A stretch of 63,345 nucleotides of DNA, counting the filler, from Rhabdomonas costata (taxonomy: Eukaryota): assembly GCA_019059605.1 (NCBI GenBank). It is 47 parts of 47 records of this genome, joined end to end, with 100 filler letters (N's around TTAATTAATTAA, not from the genome) between each part and the next. Parts side by side here need not be neighbours in the genome. Positions count along the whole stretch, not along the records: positions 36,443 to 37,691 come from JAHMHO010021919.1; positions 37,792 to 39,038 come from JAHMHO010021920.1; positions 39,139 to 40,387 come from JAHMHO010021921.1; positions 40,488 to 41,736 come from JAHMHO010021922.1; positions 41,837 to 43,084 come from JAHMHO010021923.1; positions 43,185 to 44,434 come from JAHMHO010021924.1; positions 44,535 to 45,786 come from JAHMHO010021925.1; positions 45,887 to 47,135 come from JAHMHO010021926.1; 39 more parts are not named here. One strand, given 5' to 3'. The notes beneath the pieces were generated by a model that saw nothing but the letters and a program-made list of their open reading frames with translations, was not told the DNA's origin and made no database searches. How positions within the stretch are numbered: the first letter of the stretch is position 1; each line of letters begins with the position of its first letter. This document shows positions 37,604 through 49,280 of this stretch, one piece after another. The translations under genes and the position numbers were made by a program.

Positions 37604-38116
37604 CTGTGTACAAAACAAGCTAGACGGAGATGCCAAGTCAGTTGGCACTAACTGATTAAAAAAAAAAGACTTAAACACAGCAAACAGTGCANNNNNNNNN
37701 NNNNNNNNNNNNNNNNNNNNNNNNNNNNNNNNNNNTTAATTAATTAANNNNNNNNNNNNNNNNNNNNNNNNNNNNNNNNNNNNNNNNNNNNATGGCAGTT
37801 AATTTACGAAGCAACAAAACTTGGGAGGTAAACGGTGAACACACACAATAAAAAATATTCAAATGAGCTGCTGACCCTGTGCTAAACGGATTGACATTCA
37901 TACCACAAAACCAAAACCAACGCTCTGGCTCCCGACACACATCAGTTCTGGAGACATGAAGAAAACCACGGTTTCAGGTACTTTTTAGTTACCTAACGAC
38001 GTATGATATGGCACAGCAGTACCATAAAAGCCGAACCCTTGACAGCATGAACCAGGGCATCGGAGGGTCAAGCGGGCGACCGAAATAACCCGACAGAGAA
38101 AGACACAAACGCGTAC

Positions 38117-38296
38117 TGGAGCAGCCTGAGAGGGTGAACGTCCAGTACGGAGAGTCGCAGCTCACGCTTACGGTGCCACCGTAGCCCGAGGCACAACTCA
38201 GCCCCGTGCAGCTGGAGGCATTGACGTTCTCTCGACACCCGCTGCCCGAGTAGGAATACCCCGAGGGTAGCGGCAAAGACAGGGAGCAGACCAGAG
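38117..38296 (-). CDS. Cys-rich extracellular repeat module, 180-nt phase 1-1 exon
   Basis: cacag|LVCSLSLPLPSGYSYSGSGCRENVNASSCTGLSCASGYGGTVSVSCDSPYWTFTLSGCS|gtacgc, with 6 Cys. Confidence 0.65.
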
Positions 38297-39516
38297 CTGT
38301 GCGGGGGTTGGCAAAAAAATTGTGCGCCCGCTATAAAAAGGAAGTATGCACTAATGCGATCGGGAAGGCACGGCAGTCGCCAAAACCACTCCATTGTGGT
38401 GGTGTGAGGGAATTGGGAGAATGATGTATGTTTTTTTTGGGGGGTAACGGTTATGAATGGTAACAAGTTTTACAATGGGACCATTTTTAAAAAAGTTGTA
38501 AAGGCCCCCAGGTCACGTCCTTGCCCAAGACGCCCGCTCGGGCCTCCGCGCCGCTGGCCTTTGCCCGAAACCAGTGCTGTCATACTGGTCCACCCGTATC
38601 CGAGCCATTGACGAGCCCTTAGCCAGCAGCAGTTTTCACCTGCTAAGCAAAAACAATCATCTAGGGGGCACTAGAAAAGCTCACTTAACCCCCTTCCACG
38701 AAACTTATGTCATTTCGAGAGTGCTGATATAATTTACGGTACCGCTTTTAGTAAACTTAGCAAAAAAAAAATAAGGCCAGTTTTCTGTTACCACTGGTAA
38801 CCGTCAGTGGTAACTGTTGCCCCCCCCCAAAAAAAAACCTTCCATTGGGCCATGGGGGTACGTGAGCGTGCGTGCTGGGGTGGGGGCATGTCGTGACAGG
38901 TTGGCGGGAGCGCGTGTGCTGGGTGCATACCGCGCTGGGAAGAGAACTGCTGAGACGTGGGCACGGGAAAAATTTCTTCCGTGGCAAACCCTTAATTTGG
39001 TAAAATATGTGGCAAGCTGCAGTTTCCCATAGTTTTTGNNNNNNNNNNNNNNNNNNNNNNNNNNNNNNNNNNNNNNNNNNNNTTAATTAATTAANNNNNN
39101 NNNNNNNNNNNNNNNNNNNNNNNNNNNNNNNNNNNNNNGTTTTCGGGTTTTTTCCAAATCGAGACATTAGGGGTTCGGAATCATTGCTGTCAGGGTGGAG
39201 GTGTATGACAGACAGAAATCGGCCGCAGTTAGCCGCGTTTTGTCAGAGCTGCCAAAAATCTGGGCTCACCAGATCAGGTCAAAAAAGCAAATCACCCTGC
39301 CCCACACCCCAGCACCTCTCGTTTCAGGGGTGACCAAAGACAACAGATGATGCATAAAAACTGAACGAACGATAAGAAGCATTCTTATACAAATGTGCAG
39401 TTCTTGCGGAAACTTCTGTTTGCTACCAAGTGAAGCGGAAACACAAAAGGAGCCATCTGGGGTTCGGCCTTCGGTGAAATTGGAAGAGTGCAAACAGCAG
39501 TTTGTCTATAGCCAAC

Positions 39517-39727
39517 CGTGCGAGCTCTCCGGTCTTGCGAGGAGGTGCCCCGGCCTGCGGCTGGGCCCTCTTCGGTTGTACCCCAGCGCCGCCCCCCGCG
39601 GCAGCCGCGCCCGCCTCGCTGCCGTCGTGCAGGCGGTACCACGCCGCGAAGTCCATTCCCCCGCGGATGAAATTCGCGTACTGCATGTCTCGCAGGTCGT
39701 GCACCAGTGCGGCCATGTGAAAGGAAC
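39517..39727 (-). CDS. Hypothetical protein exon
   Basis: tttcag|SFHMAALVHDLRDMQYANFIRGGMDFAAWYRLHDG..., GC3-rich. Confidence 0.5.
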
Positions 39728-41265
39728 CTGAAAGTCGAACTCTGCTGAGATGGGAAAAGGCTGTGGAGGTGAGTGAAGAGAAGAGAGCGGGAGGAGAGAG
39801 GTCAACACAGAGGAAAGAAATGCAACAAGTAAAAAGGACGTGAAGAAAAACAACACTGTCAAAACAGGCCAACGACAAAGAAGGTCGCGATGACGGCAGG
39901 ACAGAAAGCAGATTACGTCCTTGCAGGACCGTGAGTTTGAACGTGAGATGCGTTTCAAGGAGTCATTGCCTTCATACTGAGACTGAAGGGGGTTGTTCAG
40001 CGACCTGCGCATCCGCATGGAGCCTTGTGCAAGACTCACGCAAACAGTTCTGTTTGGGTCCACAGAGAGGTTGAAATTCCGCTCATTGAATTGACCACGC
40101 TGCCACAGATTAGATATGAAGGTGTTATGGCAGCGTGCAATCATGTCGCACGATGGTTAACTGCAAAGCTCATGCCTTGGAAGATGAGCACGATCACTTG
40201 GAAGATGAACTTCGAGCACACTTTCCTTAAAGTCGACAAAATTTCCACCATCTACAGTGAAACGCTAACTTCGAGGACTCCAAATGGTGCGTAAAGAAAT
40301 CGCAATTGTCACGTTCTCAAGAGAAGCGCACTCACAAAATATGTAACCCAGGCGTCCCGCCCAACAAACACCAAAAACACCCAAAAANNNNNNNNNNNNN
40401 NNNNNNNNNNNNNNNNNNNNNNNNNNNNNNNTTAATTAATTAANNNNNNNNNNNNNNNNNNNNNNNNNNNNNNNNNNNNNNNNNNNNATGCAAGTGGCTG
40501 GTGTGTGGTCCTGAATGTGTCTTGATTGCCTAGCGGCGTGACTAAGACGTTGAGTACGGAGGGTTTCATTGAAACCGCTTCCATGGTGGACCAAACATCG
40601 TTTCCTTCACGTTGCAAAAAAAAACGGTTGCGAAAATATGAGCCACAAAGTGCAGAAGCTGGAGGGTGCGTTTTCAACTCCAATGCAATTGTTTCCGGCG
40701 CGGCCATGCAATTGTTAGCGTAGCAGTCTCGCGCCGTGTCCAAATAAAGTTGTATGGGCTCTCTTTGCGGCCTGGTTCCTGCCTTCCGCGTTCCCGTTGT
40801 TTCGTGGTCCAATACCAACTCGATGCTGCGTTTCTTCATTTGGGCGCCTGTCTTTCACACGCGTCCGTCTGCCGAGCCTCTTCCGTGCCCCCTGCCTCTT
40901 GCGGGCGGTCCCCTGCGGTCTCTCAATTCTGCTTCCGCCCTTATCCCGTCCGCCTTCGCTAAGCGAGTTACCCAGGTGGAAAAACCCACAGGACACCGGT
41001 GGCGTAACGAAGCCCATGGCCAAAATGCAGGAAAGTAAAATATAATAACGCCGTTTGGGTCAAGGGAGCCACTGGGTACGCCCAAATCGAGGGAAGGGGC
41101 GTGGATGCGAAGGGCGGGCCCGGCGAGCGAGCGCTTAATCAACAGACGGACCTTGGGCGGCAGCCTCCCTAATATTTGACAAATCCTTTGAATCCATCGC
41201 CGCATGGGCAAGCCATGATCATATAAAAAAAGGGCAAGGAAACTCAATCCCACACCTTCAAACTC

Positions 41266-41736
41266 ATGTTCCTCGTACGCGGTACTGAACCGCCGGCTGT
41301 GCGGGAAATGGCCTCCACCACTCTCGCGGTGTGGTTTCCGCCTCACTGGGTGTTCCGCTTACGCAAGCCCACACCCAGGGGGGTGGCAAATGCTAACACG
41401 CCTGACCTTACGCTTACGGTTACGCTTACGGTTCAAGCAGCTTTACCCCTGAGACCCACTTTGCCCAGATCGGCGGCGCACTTGGCGGAAACACGCCTCC
41501 CATCCTTGGCCAACTACTACGACTACCAGCCACCCACCTTTGCGCCGCTGGAGTGGAAGTCCCTGCATCCAGGCCACCGCGAGATCTCGCGCGAGGTGGT
41601 GCGTAAGGTACTTGCCCTCCAGTCACAGCTCCGCGCCCCTAAGCTTGTCACAGTCCACACAACACCCTTCCACTCCACGATGTCTGCATGCATCGACAAC
41701 CTAACCGAGCTCGGCATCATCCATCCCACTTCTTCT
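41266..41736 (+). mobile_element. Possible retroelement pol start, truncated by contig end
   Basis: The open frame ends MSACIDNLTELGIIHPTSS, similar to the 'I..L.ELGII.PS.S' start of LTR/DIRS reverse transcriptases. No catalytic motif lies within the contig. Confidence 0.35.
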
Positions 41737-41836
41737 NNNNNNNNNNNNNNNNNNNNNNNNNNNNNNNNNNNNNNNNNNNNTTAATTAATTAANNNNNNNN
41801 NNNNNNNNNNNNNNNNNNNNNNNNNNNNNNNNNNNN

Positions 41837-42497
41837 GGGGGGTGGCTCAGCCGGATCAGTGGTGCCGTCACCGGTACGAGATCAGCAGGCTCGCGCTAAT
41901 CGCCAGCACAGCAATCGCCACGGCAGTGTAGGCCAGCATTCGCCCCGCCGCAGCGTTGATGTCCGCGAAGAGCTGTGTCAGGGAGATCACCACGCTGACC
42001 CGCCACACCAGCCCGTACGGCAGGGTCATGGGTTGCCCGATGTGGTCGTAGTCCTCGCCACCAAAGCTGAAGGAGAACTTGATCGTGGAGATCCATCCAG
42101 GTGCGAAATGTTGGGCAGAAAGTGGCAGAACAATTGTGAACGAAATTCACATCACGATCGTTAGCAGGTTAGTGAAGGAATGTATAATTGAGCACCTGCG
42201 CCCGTCGGGACGAGGCTTGGACGAAGCAGCTGCCCGTCCTCGCAGTTATGGCATCATCGCTCTGCCACGCCGCTAGACGCAAGATTTTCCCGTTGCTGTA
42301 CGACATGAAAACCGCCCCGTTGCTCGGTTGGACCGCCAGTTCGCCGCCACACTGCGCGTGTACGTCCCGGTGGTGATGCTGTTGATCGCCATGGCGTCGC
42401 CGTCCGCCACAAACCGCAGCAGTATGCTCCCGATCGGCTTCAGGGTGACAGGGTGCAGGGCGTAAGTCTCCTGCCCCATCACGCTGACAGCGTACGA
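41837..42497 (-). CDS. Cache-like extracellular domain + TM + HAMP start receptor fragment with two apparent frameshifts
   Basis: ...LHPVTLKPIGSILLRF.../GGELAVQPSNGAVFMSYSNG.../ISTIKFSFSFGGEDYD...LPYGLVWRVSVVISLTQLFADIN, a TM helix (MLAYTAVAIAVLAISASLLISY), then VTAPLIRLS in a shifted frame. Confidence 0.65.
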
Positions 42498-44551
42498 CAA
42501 AAATTATCAGCCCCGCAGCCGGAGCGGTTGGTGGGCGATGCGGAGCGGTGTCAAACGATTAGCGGAACCAAACGTTTTGCAGCGCTCAGTGATCAAACTA
42601 GTCTCAGGGGTTGGGAAATCTGTGTAACTCCATGTGTCAACTCCATGTGATTTTTTGCAAAATGGGGAAGGCATACTATTTTTCTGCCCCACAGACATAC
42701 AGTTAACGGCACAACAGTGCTGAACGTGAATCCCCGAGACAAGAATGCCCAGTTGATCGCTAACAGGGGATGCAAAGAAGAAAATCGGCGTCCACACTCC
42801 GGCTCAATACCGAAGAGCAGTTGAGAGCGAAAGAATGGAAGTGTGGCAGTGCCCGAACGCGAGGTGAGGTCCCCAAATGAGCATAATGACACACACACAC
42901 ACATTTTGCAGGCGGCCACTAAAAAACCTCCTTAACCAACAGTTACGAACCCGAAGGGAATGAAGGACAACTAAATGCTGTTAAAGCCTTGAGTTAGGTG
43001 CAGCAGAGCAAGATTACTCGAAGCCAACCGAAATGTACTGAGCAGAACATCCAAGATTACAGAGAGAGCGATAGCCCAACCCCCNNNNNNNNNNNNNNNN
43101 NNNNNNNNNNNNNNNNNNNNNNNNNNNNTTAATTAATTAANNNNNNNNNNNNNNNNNNNNNNNNNNNNNNNNNNNNNNNNNNNNGTGTTGGGTGTGGTTG
43201 GTTGGGGTTGTATTCTACGGAGAACGACGGCAGGCCAGCGAGACGAAGAATCCAATCAATAACAAGGCCGCCGACACCCGGGAATTCCAGAACATCAAGA
43301 AGACCAAGCATGCATAAGAGGGAGAGAGCGAAAAAGGAAAACCCGACCGACAAAAAAGGAGCTAGCGCCAGGATCAAAGATATTACCACCACGCACAGAA
43401 ACCACACCACAAATTTGGTGTGGTTTGGATGGGTTTTGGCTCTTTTTGGGACGATGTGTGTGAAAGTTTGGGGTGGGATTGTGGTTGTGCCGCCGCTCTT
43501 TTCGGAAGCCAAACAGGAAGGATGCACAGTCACAAAAATGTTGACACAAGAGGCAATACGCAGGAGCATAAGCAAAAAGGAAGGAGGTAAGTGGAAAATT
43601 TGTAGGTAGAGTAGCATTGGAATTGCTGCTAGCTAGTAGGCGGCCCATTTCACCCCACGTTTGGCAAAGCGAGGCGGTGGGGTAGAAGACACCCCGACGA
43701 ATTAGTTTCAGCAAGCGGCGGAGTCCGCAGAATAACCGGGAAGCGAAAGCAGCGCGGGCAAGCGAGGTTGTAAATGAGAAGATGGTTTAGCAACTCCGAG
43801 TGTATCGGGTCGAAGCTAAGGCGGTCAAGTCCCATGGTGAGGCAAGGAGCGCGGTCGTGGAGTTTGGCGCATAAAGGCGATTTGCAGAGCAAACGTGGTT
43901 AAGTCCACTTCGGAGGAGTTTGAGAAGCGACCGAGGGAGTGTAACGGAGTGGTAGATTGCGACCGAGAGTCTTCGACCAAGAGTTCATAGGCATGGGCTG
44001 CTGCGTGAAGTGGTTGCGGCCAAGCTCTAACCGTCCATCGGCGCAAGCGATGCCAACCAAGGAGAAATAAAATCTCCTCATATAGGTGAGTTGACAGCGC
44101 TTACAAAGCGCAAACGTTTTCTTCAGGAACCACAAAGGGGACCGGTTCGAGTGTGGTACGCCGAGAAGTCGTAATTGCTCCGAGCCCGCCGTGACGACTG
44201 ACAAAAACACGGTGGACTTGGCATCAGCAACACCAGGGAACATTTGTCGATTTGGCCATGATCATAAGCAAAGGCGAAAACATTCTTCAATGGAAGAACA
44301 ATCCAACCACGCTAAAATCTGAAATTGCCAAAGCCGCGCGTTTCCACGCGCATCAATGCTGGAAAACAAAGCCTTCAGTGTCACAACCTGAGCCTTACCT
44401 GCATGGAAACTCCAGCGTGTCTTGAAACACAAACNNNNNNNNNNNNNNNNNNNNNNNNNNNNNNNNNNNNNNNNNNNNTTAATTAATTAANNNNNNNNNN
44501 NNNNNNNNNNNNNNNNNNNNNNNNNNNNNNNNNNGTTGGGGGGGGGTTAAG

Positions 44552-45124
44552 GTTCCCGTTGGGGACCAGCCTGTGGACGTGGAGCAGCAAACCCGGGATC
44601 TGGTTCTGGAGTACATTCGCAAGCCCAATTGCATCATTCTTGCAGTCTCTGCAGCGAACCAGGACATTGCCAACTCTGATGCCCTGAAGATTGCCCGGGA
44701 AGTGAGTGCCCCCCCCTCCCGCGGCCAGCTGCGGCTTGTTTTGTTTGCTTGCACACGAAACGCCAGTGTGCGAACTTCGCACCTTGGATTCTTTCTTCGG
44801 AGTTTGGTCTTCGGGGTTTGAGTTCGTGGGTTTCGGGATTCGGAGGTTGGGTTCTTGGGTTCATGGGTTGAGGTATTTGAGTGCGTTGGTTTGGTAGTTG
44901 ACGCTTGTTTTCAGGGTTGGCCGATGAAAAATTGTTTTAAAACCCGAGGTCTTTATATTTAATACCGTTTTAAAACACTTAAAACGGGGCGGGGGGGGCC
45001 TGCGCGTGAACAGCGAGGCTGGCGGTTGAATCCTTGGTTGAATCGAAGTTTCGGATGGATGGCCTCCTTCTCCTTTCACAAACCTGGTCCCTTTCACTCA
45101 CGCACTCACGCACTCACGCACGCA

Positions 45125-45194
<70 letters not shown>

Positions 45195-45480
45195 CGGAAG
45201 CAGAAGCTAGAACCGGACGGGGGACCTAAACACACAGCCTCTCTCTCGTTCTCTCTCTTCCATAATGTTTCGTTGTGTATGTGATTTTTTCACGTGCTTT
45301 CCTTTTTTTTTTGAACAGGTGGATCCCAACGGGGACCGCACCATTGGGGTGCTCACGAAGCTGGACCTGATGGACAAGGGCACAGATGCGATGGACGTGC
45401 TCTCAGGCCGCGTGATTCCGCTGAAGAGGGGCTTCATTGCCACCGTGAACCGAGGGCAGCAGGACATTGACCGGAAGAAG
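44552..45480 (+). CDS. Dynamin-related GTPase, two exons (44552-44701, 45319-45480)
   Basis: VPVGDQP...[47 protein letters not shown]...VNRGQQDI. The TKLD G4 motif is present; the intron is gtgagt...aacag. Confidence 0.96.
45096..45194 (+). repeat. Compound microsatellite (CACG)n(CA)n(GA)n in the dynamin intron
   Basis: Directly visible. Confidence 0.9.
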
Positions 45481-45661
45481 GTCCCCCTCCCCTCATCTCA
45501 CCCTTGCAGGGAAGCTGATGTGTGATGACGTTGTATTGCTTCCCCACAGAGCTAATTCTCACAAACTGCAGAGCTTCTCTGCAATTGGTGTGGTGTTAGG
45601 TTACCTTTCGGCATCTCTCCTTCAAATAATGTCAGGCAACCAAAAAACAAGTTCGGGGGGT

Positions 45662-45781
45662 GGGGTTCTATCAGATGGGCCTATCTAGCCTATTCAGCCG
45701 ACTTCCGGAACCTCACCAATCGTCAGGGGCCTCATCGGAAATGGGCTGAATAGGCTAGATGGGCCCATCTGATAGAACCCC
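45662..45781. repeat. Inverted repeat: 38-bp arms (1 T-G mismatch), 44-nt loop
   Basis: 45662-45699 pairs with 45744-45781. Confidence 0.9.
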
Positions 45782-45893
45782 CCACANNNNNNNNNNNNNN
45801 NNNNNNNNNNNNNNNNNNNNNNNNNNNNNNTTAATTAATTAANNNNNNNNNNNNNNNNNNNNNNNNNNNNNNNNNNNNNNNNNNNNTTGGGGT

Positions 45894-46009
45894 GGTCAAG
45901 GTGCTGCTAAGATGCTGCCAGCACATTCAAAGAGTCGGTTCGCAAACTCCGCGCAATCTGCGAACCGACTCTTTGAATGTGCTGGCAGCATCTTAGCAGC
46001 ACCTTGACC
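45894..46009. repeat. Perfect inverted repeat: 51-bp arms, 14-nt loop
   Basis: 45894-45944 is the exact reverse complement of 45959-46009. Confidence 0.92.
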
Positions 46010-46325
46010 TCATCAAAAATGGAGCACCCGCCTTGCTTTCCCTGCAAAAGCGGCTCTAGATTGTGTGTGTACATTAAATATTGGATAAGTGCGTTTGCAT
46101 CGGTTCGATGAAAGGCCCACACCCCTCACCTAAAGGACGGGCCAAATGGGGTGAGGATGTACAGCGGTGATGCCCTTGAGACCTGCAGGGCTTGCTCCCT
46201 AATAGGTTCCCAACAGTTCGGTTAGAACCGTTTCCATTTGTTATGGGCCGGGCACCAGCACCGCGCAGACCAATCGACAGCATGGCCGGAGCGACGGGAG
46301 TATGGGAGCAGGGTGGTGCAGCCTA

Positions 46326-47135
46326 TCAAACTAATAATTTCGTGCTTTGCAGTGGAAGGAACACATTGTTCTTCCCGGCGCCAACATTTCTTGATGGGCG
46401 GTCACAGTTCTCTTCTCGGTCAGTTTGGCCAGCTTGAAAGACATGGCGCAGTGCGGAGGTGGCGGTGGGCATGCCTACGCAACCATAGGGACCCACCGCG
46501 CTCGGTAAGAAGGGCATCGGGCACACGAAGGGATTACCCTGCAGGTTTAGCGTTAGGCCATCAGTCTTCAGCAGACTCCGGGACAACACCAACCGGGTAA
46601 ACCCGCAGAAGGAAAGGTCAACAAAAGTGAGCGTCTGGGCATCTACAGCAACACTGAAGTCCAGGGTGCCATTCCACCCGTTGTGGGAGCCGGACAGCTT
46701 GGTCATAGAGCTGGGCAGCTCCCGGAGGTCCAGGCCCCCGGAGAAACTGTTCGAATCAAGCAGCAGCCAGCTTAACCCGCGGGGAAGTGCCGCCACGTCC
46801 ACCGATCCGTACAGCAGGTTGTTGCCGAGGTTAAGGCTGCGCAGGGTACGTGGTAGAGTAGCCCATGCCACGCTCCCCCATATGCGGTTCTGCATCAAAG
46901 AGAGAAATCGAAACTCCTGGGGAAGGTCCGAGAAGTTCATCACAGATGTCAGGCTATGCAAGCTATTCGAGCTGAGGTCAAGGTGGGTGAGACTCGTAGG
47001 CAACCCAGAAAGGTTCAGCGCTCGATACAGAGCGCAGTCCGAGAGCTGCAGAGTCTCTAGAGCAGCGGGGAAATAAGCGAAGTTGGGCGGTCGCTCCGAG
47101 GGGTTTTGACTTAGGTCCAGATACACCAGGTTCAA
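46326..47135 (-). CDS. Leucine-rich repeat protein (extracellular type), 5' truncated
   Basis: Repeated LP..L..L.L..N...G.. units with a LQGNPFVCP cap. The coding part may end at a donor near 46480. Confidence 0.88.
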   Translation of the reverse strand: MNLVYLDLSQNPSERPPNFAYFPAALETLQLSDCALYRALNLSGLPTSLTHLDLSSNSLHSLTSVMNFSDLPQEFRFLSLMQNRIWGSVAWATLPRTLRSLNLGNNLLYGSVDVAALPRGLSWLLLDSNSFSGGLDLRELPSSMTKLSGSHNGWNGTLDFSVAVDAQTLTFVDLSFCGFTRLVLSRSLLKTDGLTLNLQGNPFVCPMPFLPSAVGPYGCVGMPTATSALRHVFQAGQTDREENCDRPSRNVGAGKNNVFLPLQSTKLLV

Positions 47136-48357
47136 NNNNNNNNNNNNNNNNNNNNNNNNNNNNNNNNNNNNNNNNNNNNTTAATTAATTAANNNNNNNNN
47201 NNNNNNNNNNNNNNNNNNNNNNNNNNNNNNNNNNNGGGTGGTTGGATACTTTCTCAGGTGCCCCCGTTGTGTGCCACTACTGTACTGTGCTGCGTCGGTG
47301 GCCTACTTGTTTGATGGCTGAACATCTGCCTGCGATCAGTTCTCAGTTCTCAGAAGCAGTCAGTGACGGAGTTAAACTCAAGTGACACCATATCGTGTGT
47401 AATATATCCTCGCTCACAGACCGTTTACGAGAGCTTGCTTCGCGGTTTGCATGCCAGGTGGTATTGGTGGGGTATGTGCATACTTTGTGCATACTTTAGG
47501 GAGGAGACGTGGGTGGGGTGGGCGTCAGTCATTAAATGCCGTAACGGTCGTAAGTGTCAGTCCCTGAAGCTAAGGTAATTTTCATGCCAAAAATATCTAA
47601 TTTGTGACCATAGTTGTCAAGAATTTAGGCCTTGGTTGTAAAATTTATTGTCACTCAAAAATTTTGGAATTCAATTTTTGGCTCAATTTTTTTTTCAATT
47701 TTTGGCAACAAAAGGTGAGGTGGGTGGGTGGTGCTGGTGAGAAACGCCCTTCCGGTTTTGCAAAAAACCGGGGGGATCGCACAGTTTCTTCAAAAATTGC
47801 GAAAATTCGTGGAAGATTCCCTTTTGCAGAAAGGGCCTGCCCTCTGCTGTGATTCCATGTCAGATGCGTTGGTTGGTTAGATATGTTAGAGATGTCAGAT
47901 GCGAAGCCGGGAACTAACGCGACCATGCATCAAGGTTCCAATTTCGAAAACTGAGTGCCAACATATCGCCAGCAGAGTGCCAATATAGGTGAACGCTGAG
48001 CGCAAGTTTTTTCCGCTTGAAGGACAAATGGAAAGGGCGTTGAACGCTAAGCGACTCGCCATCCTCCGCACTTTCTTTTCCTTGTTTTTGTTCAACACGC
48101 TGTTGTTGGTGGGCTGGTTGCGCAGTACGGAAATTCTGGAAGATTGTTGATGTTTTCGCCTTCAAGGGAATGTAAGTTTGGCGTTAGTGGACTTTTTCCT
48201 CGGATTCTGGTGAATTGTAGGTCGTCGGGCCACGCCCCCCCCCCCTCTTTGTTTTGTTCGTGTTGCTTTCCATTGCCCCTTCAACGATGTCCCTTGAACT
48301 GAACATCCCCACGGTGGAGGACCCAGGCTTTGCCAGCGAAGGCGTGTGTGAGCTTTG

Positions 48358-48359
<2 letters not shown>

Positions 48360-48415
<56 letters not shown>
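48360..48415 (+). repeat. (GT)n microsatellite
   Basis: About 28 dinucleotide units. Confidence 0.95.
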
Positions 48416-48416
<1 letters not shown>

Positions 48417-49280
48417 CCGACCGCTCAGCGAGAAAAAGAGTACCCTGTTGTGAGTGGCAGATGCACCTGTTGTACATTCCTGGCAACATCTCCAGGGCAT
48501 CAGCCTCTCGGCTTGNNNNNNNNNNNNNNNNNNNNNNNNNNNNNNNNNNNNNNNNNNNNTTAATTAATTAANNNNNNNNNNNNNNNNNNNNNNNNNNNNN
48601 NNNNNNNNNNNNNNNGGGGTTGTTGACTACAAAGCGCTGCCCGGCAAAAAAACAAATATCAGTTTTTGATCAGTTTCCCTGGCCACTTCTTTCAAAACAA
48701 AAAGTGTTCGTTACAATCAACTTGACCGTGGAAAAAAATACCTATATGGATAAGCACACGCACACACTTCGGTGCCGTGGTAATGGGGCGGGAACGTCTT
48801 CGTCTTTTCCCGCCCGTGTTTATAGCGGCGCCGCACGGCTTCCGACGTAATATCCGAAAGTGCTCAACGCACGTATAAGGATCAAGCCCGATCAAGGCGA
48901 GGAAACAACCAGCGCAACTCCTCTCGCGTGCGCGTGTTCTGCCGTGGATACGGGCGTTTCGTTCCAAGTTCTGTTCGGTCTGCCAGGTCGGACCAATGCG
49001 TCGTTCTCCATGCGTGTCTGGAATTGTCTCGGGCCGCGGTACTACATTACAGAGCCAAACCCCGGCCTTTCGCAAGCAAGGGTGGAGGGCAATGGCGCGC
49101 ATCGGGAAAAGTAGCAGCGTGTTCCTGTAAGTATGGTGGAAATTGAGGTGGGGTGTTCTTTGGGGCAAGCGGCGGGAATAATTTAGAAACATTTATGGTG
49201 AGCCAATACCTTTCACCAAAATGCTTCTCCGTAAAGCCTAACCAGATACTCAACCAAACTAGCTGCACCAATCGACGGTA

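Noticed and set aside
43185..44434. Possible decayed non-LTR retroelement
   Set aside because: Only fragmented ORFs; no RT, endonuclease or zinc-knuckle motif was recognised.
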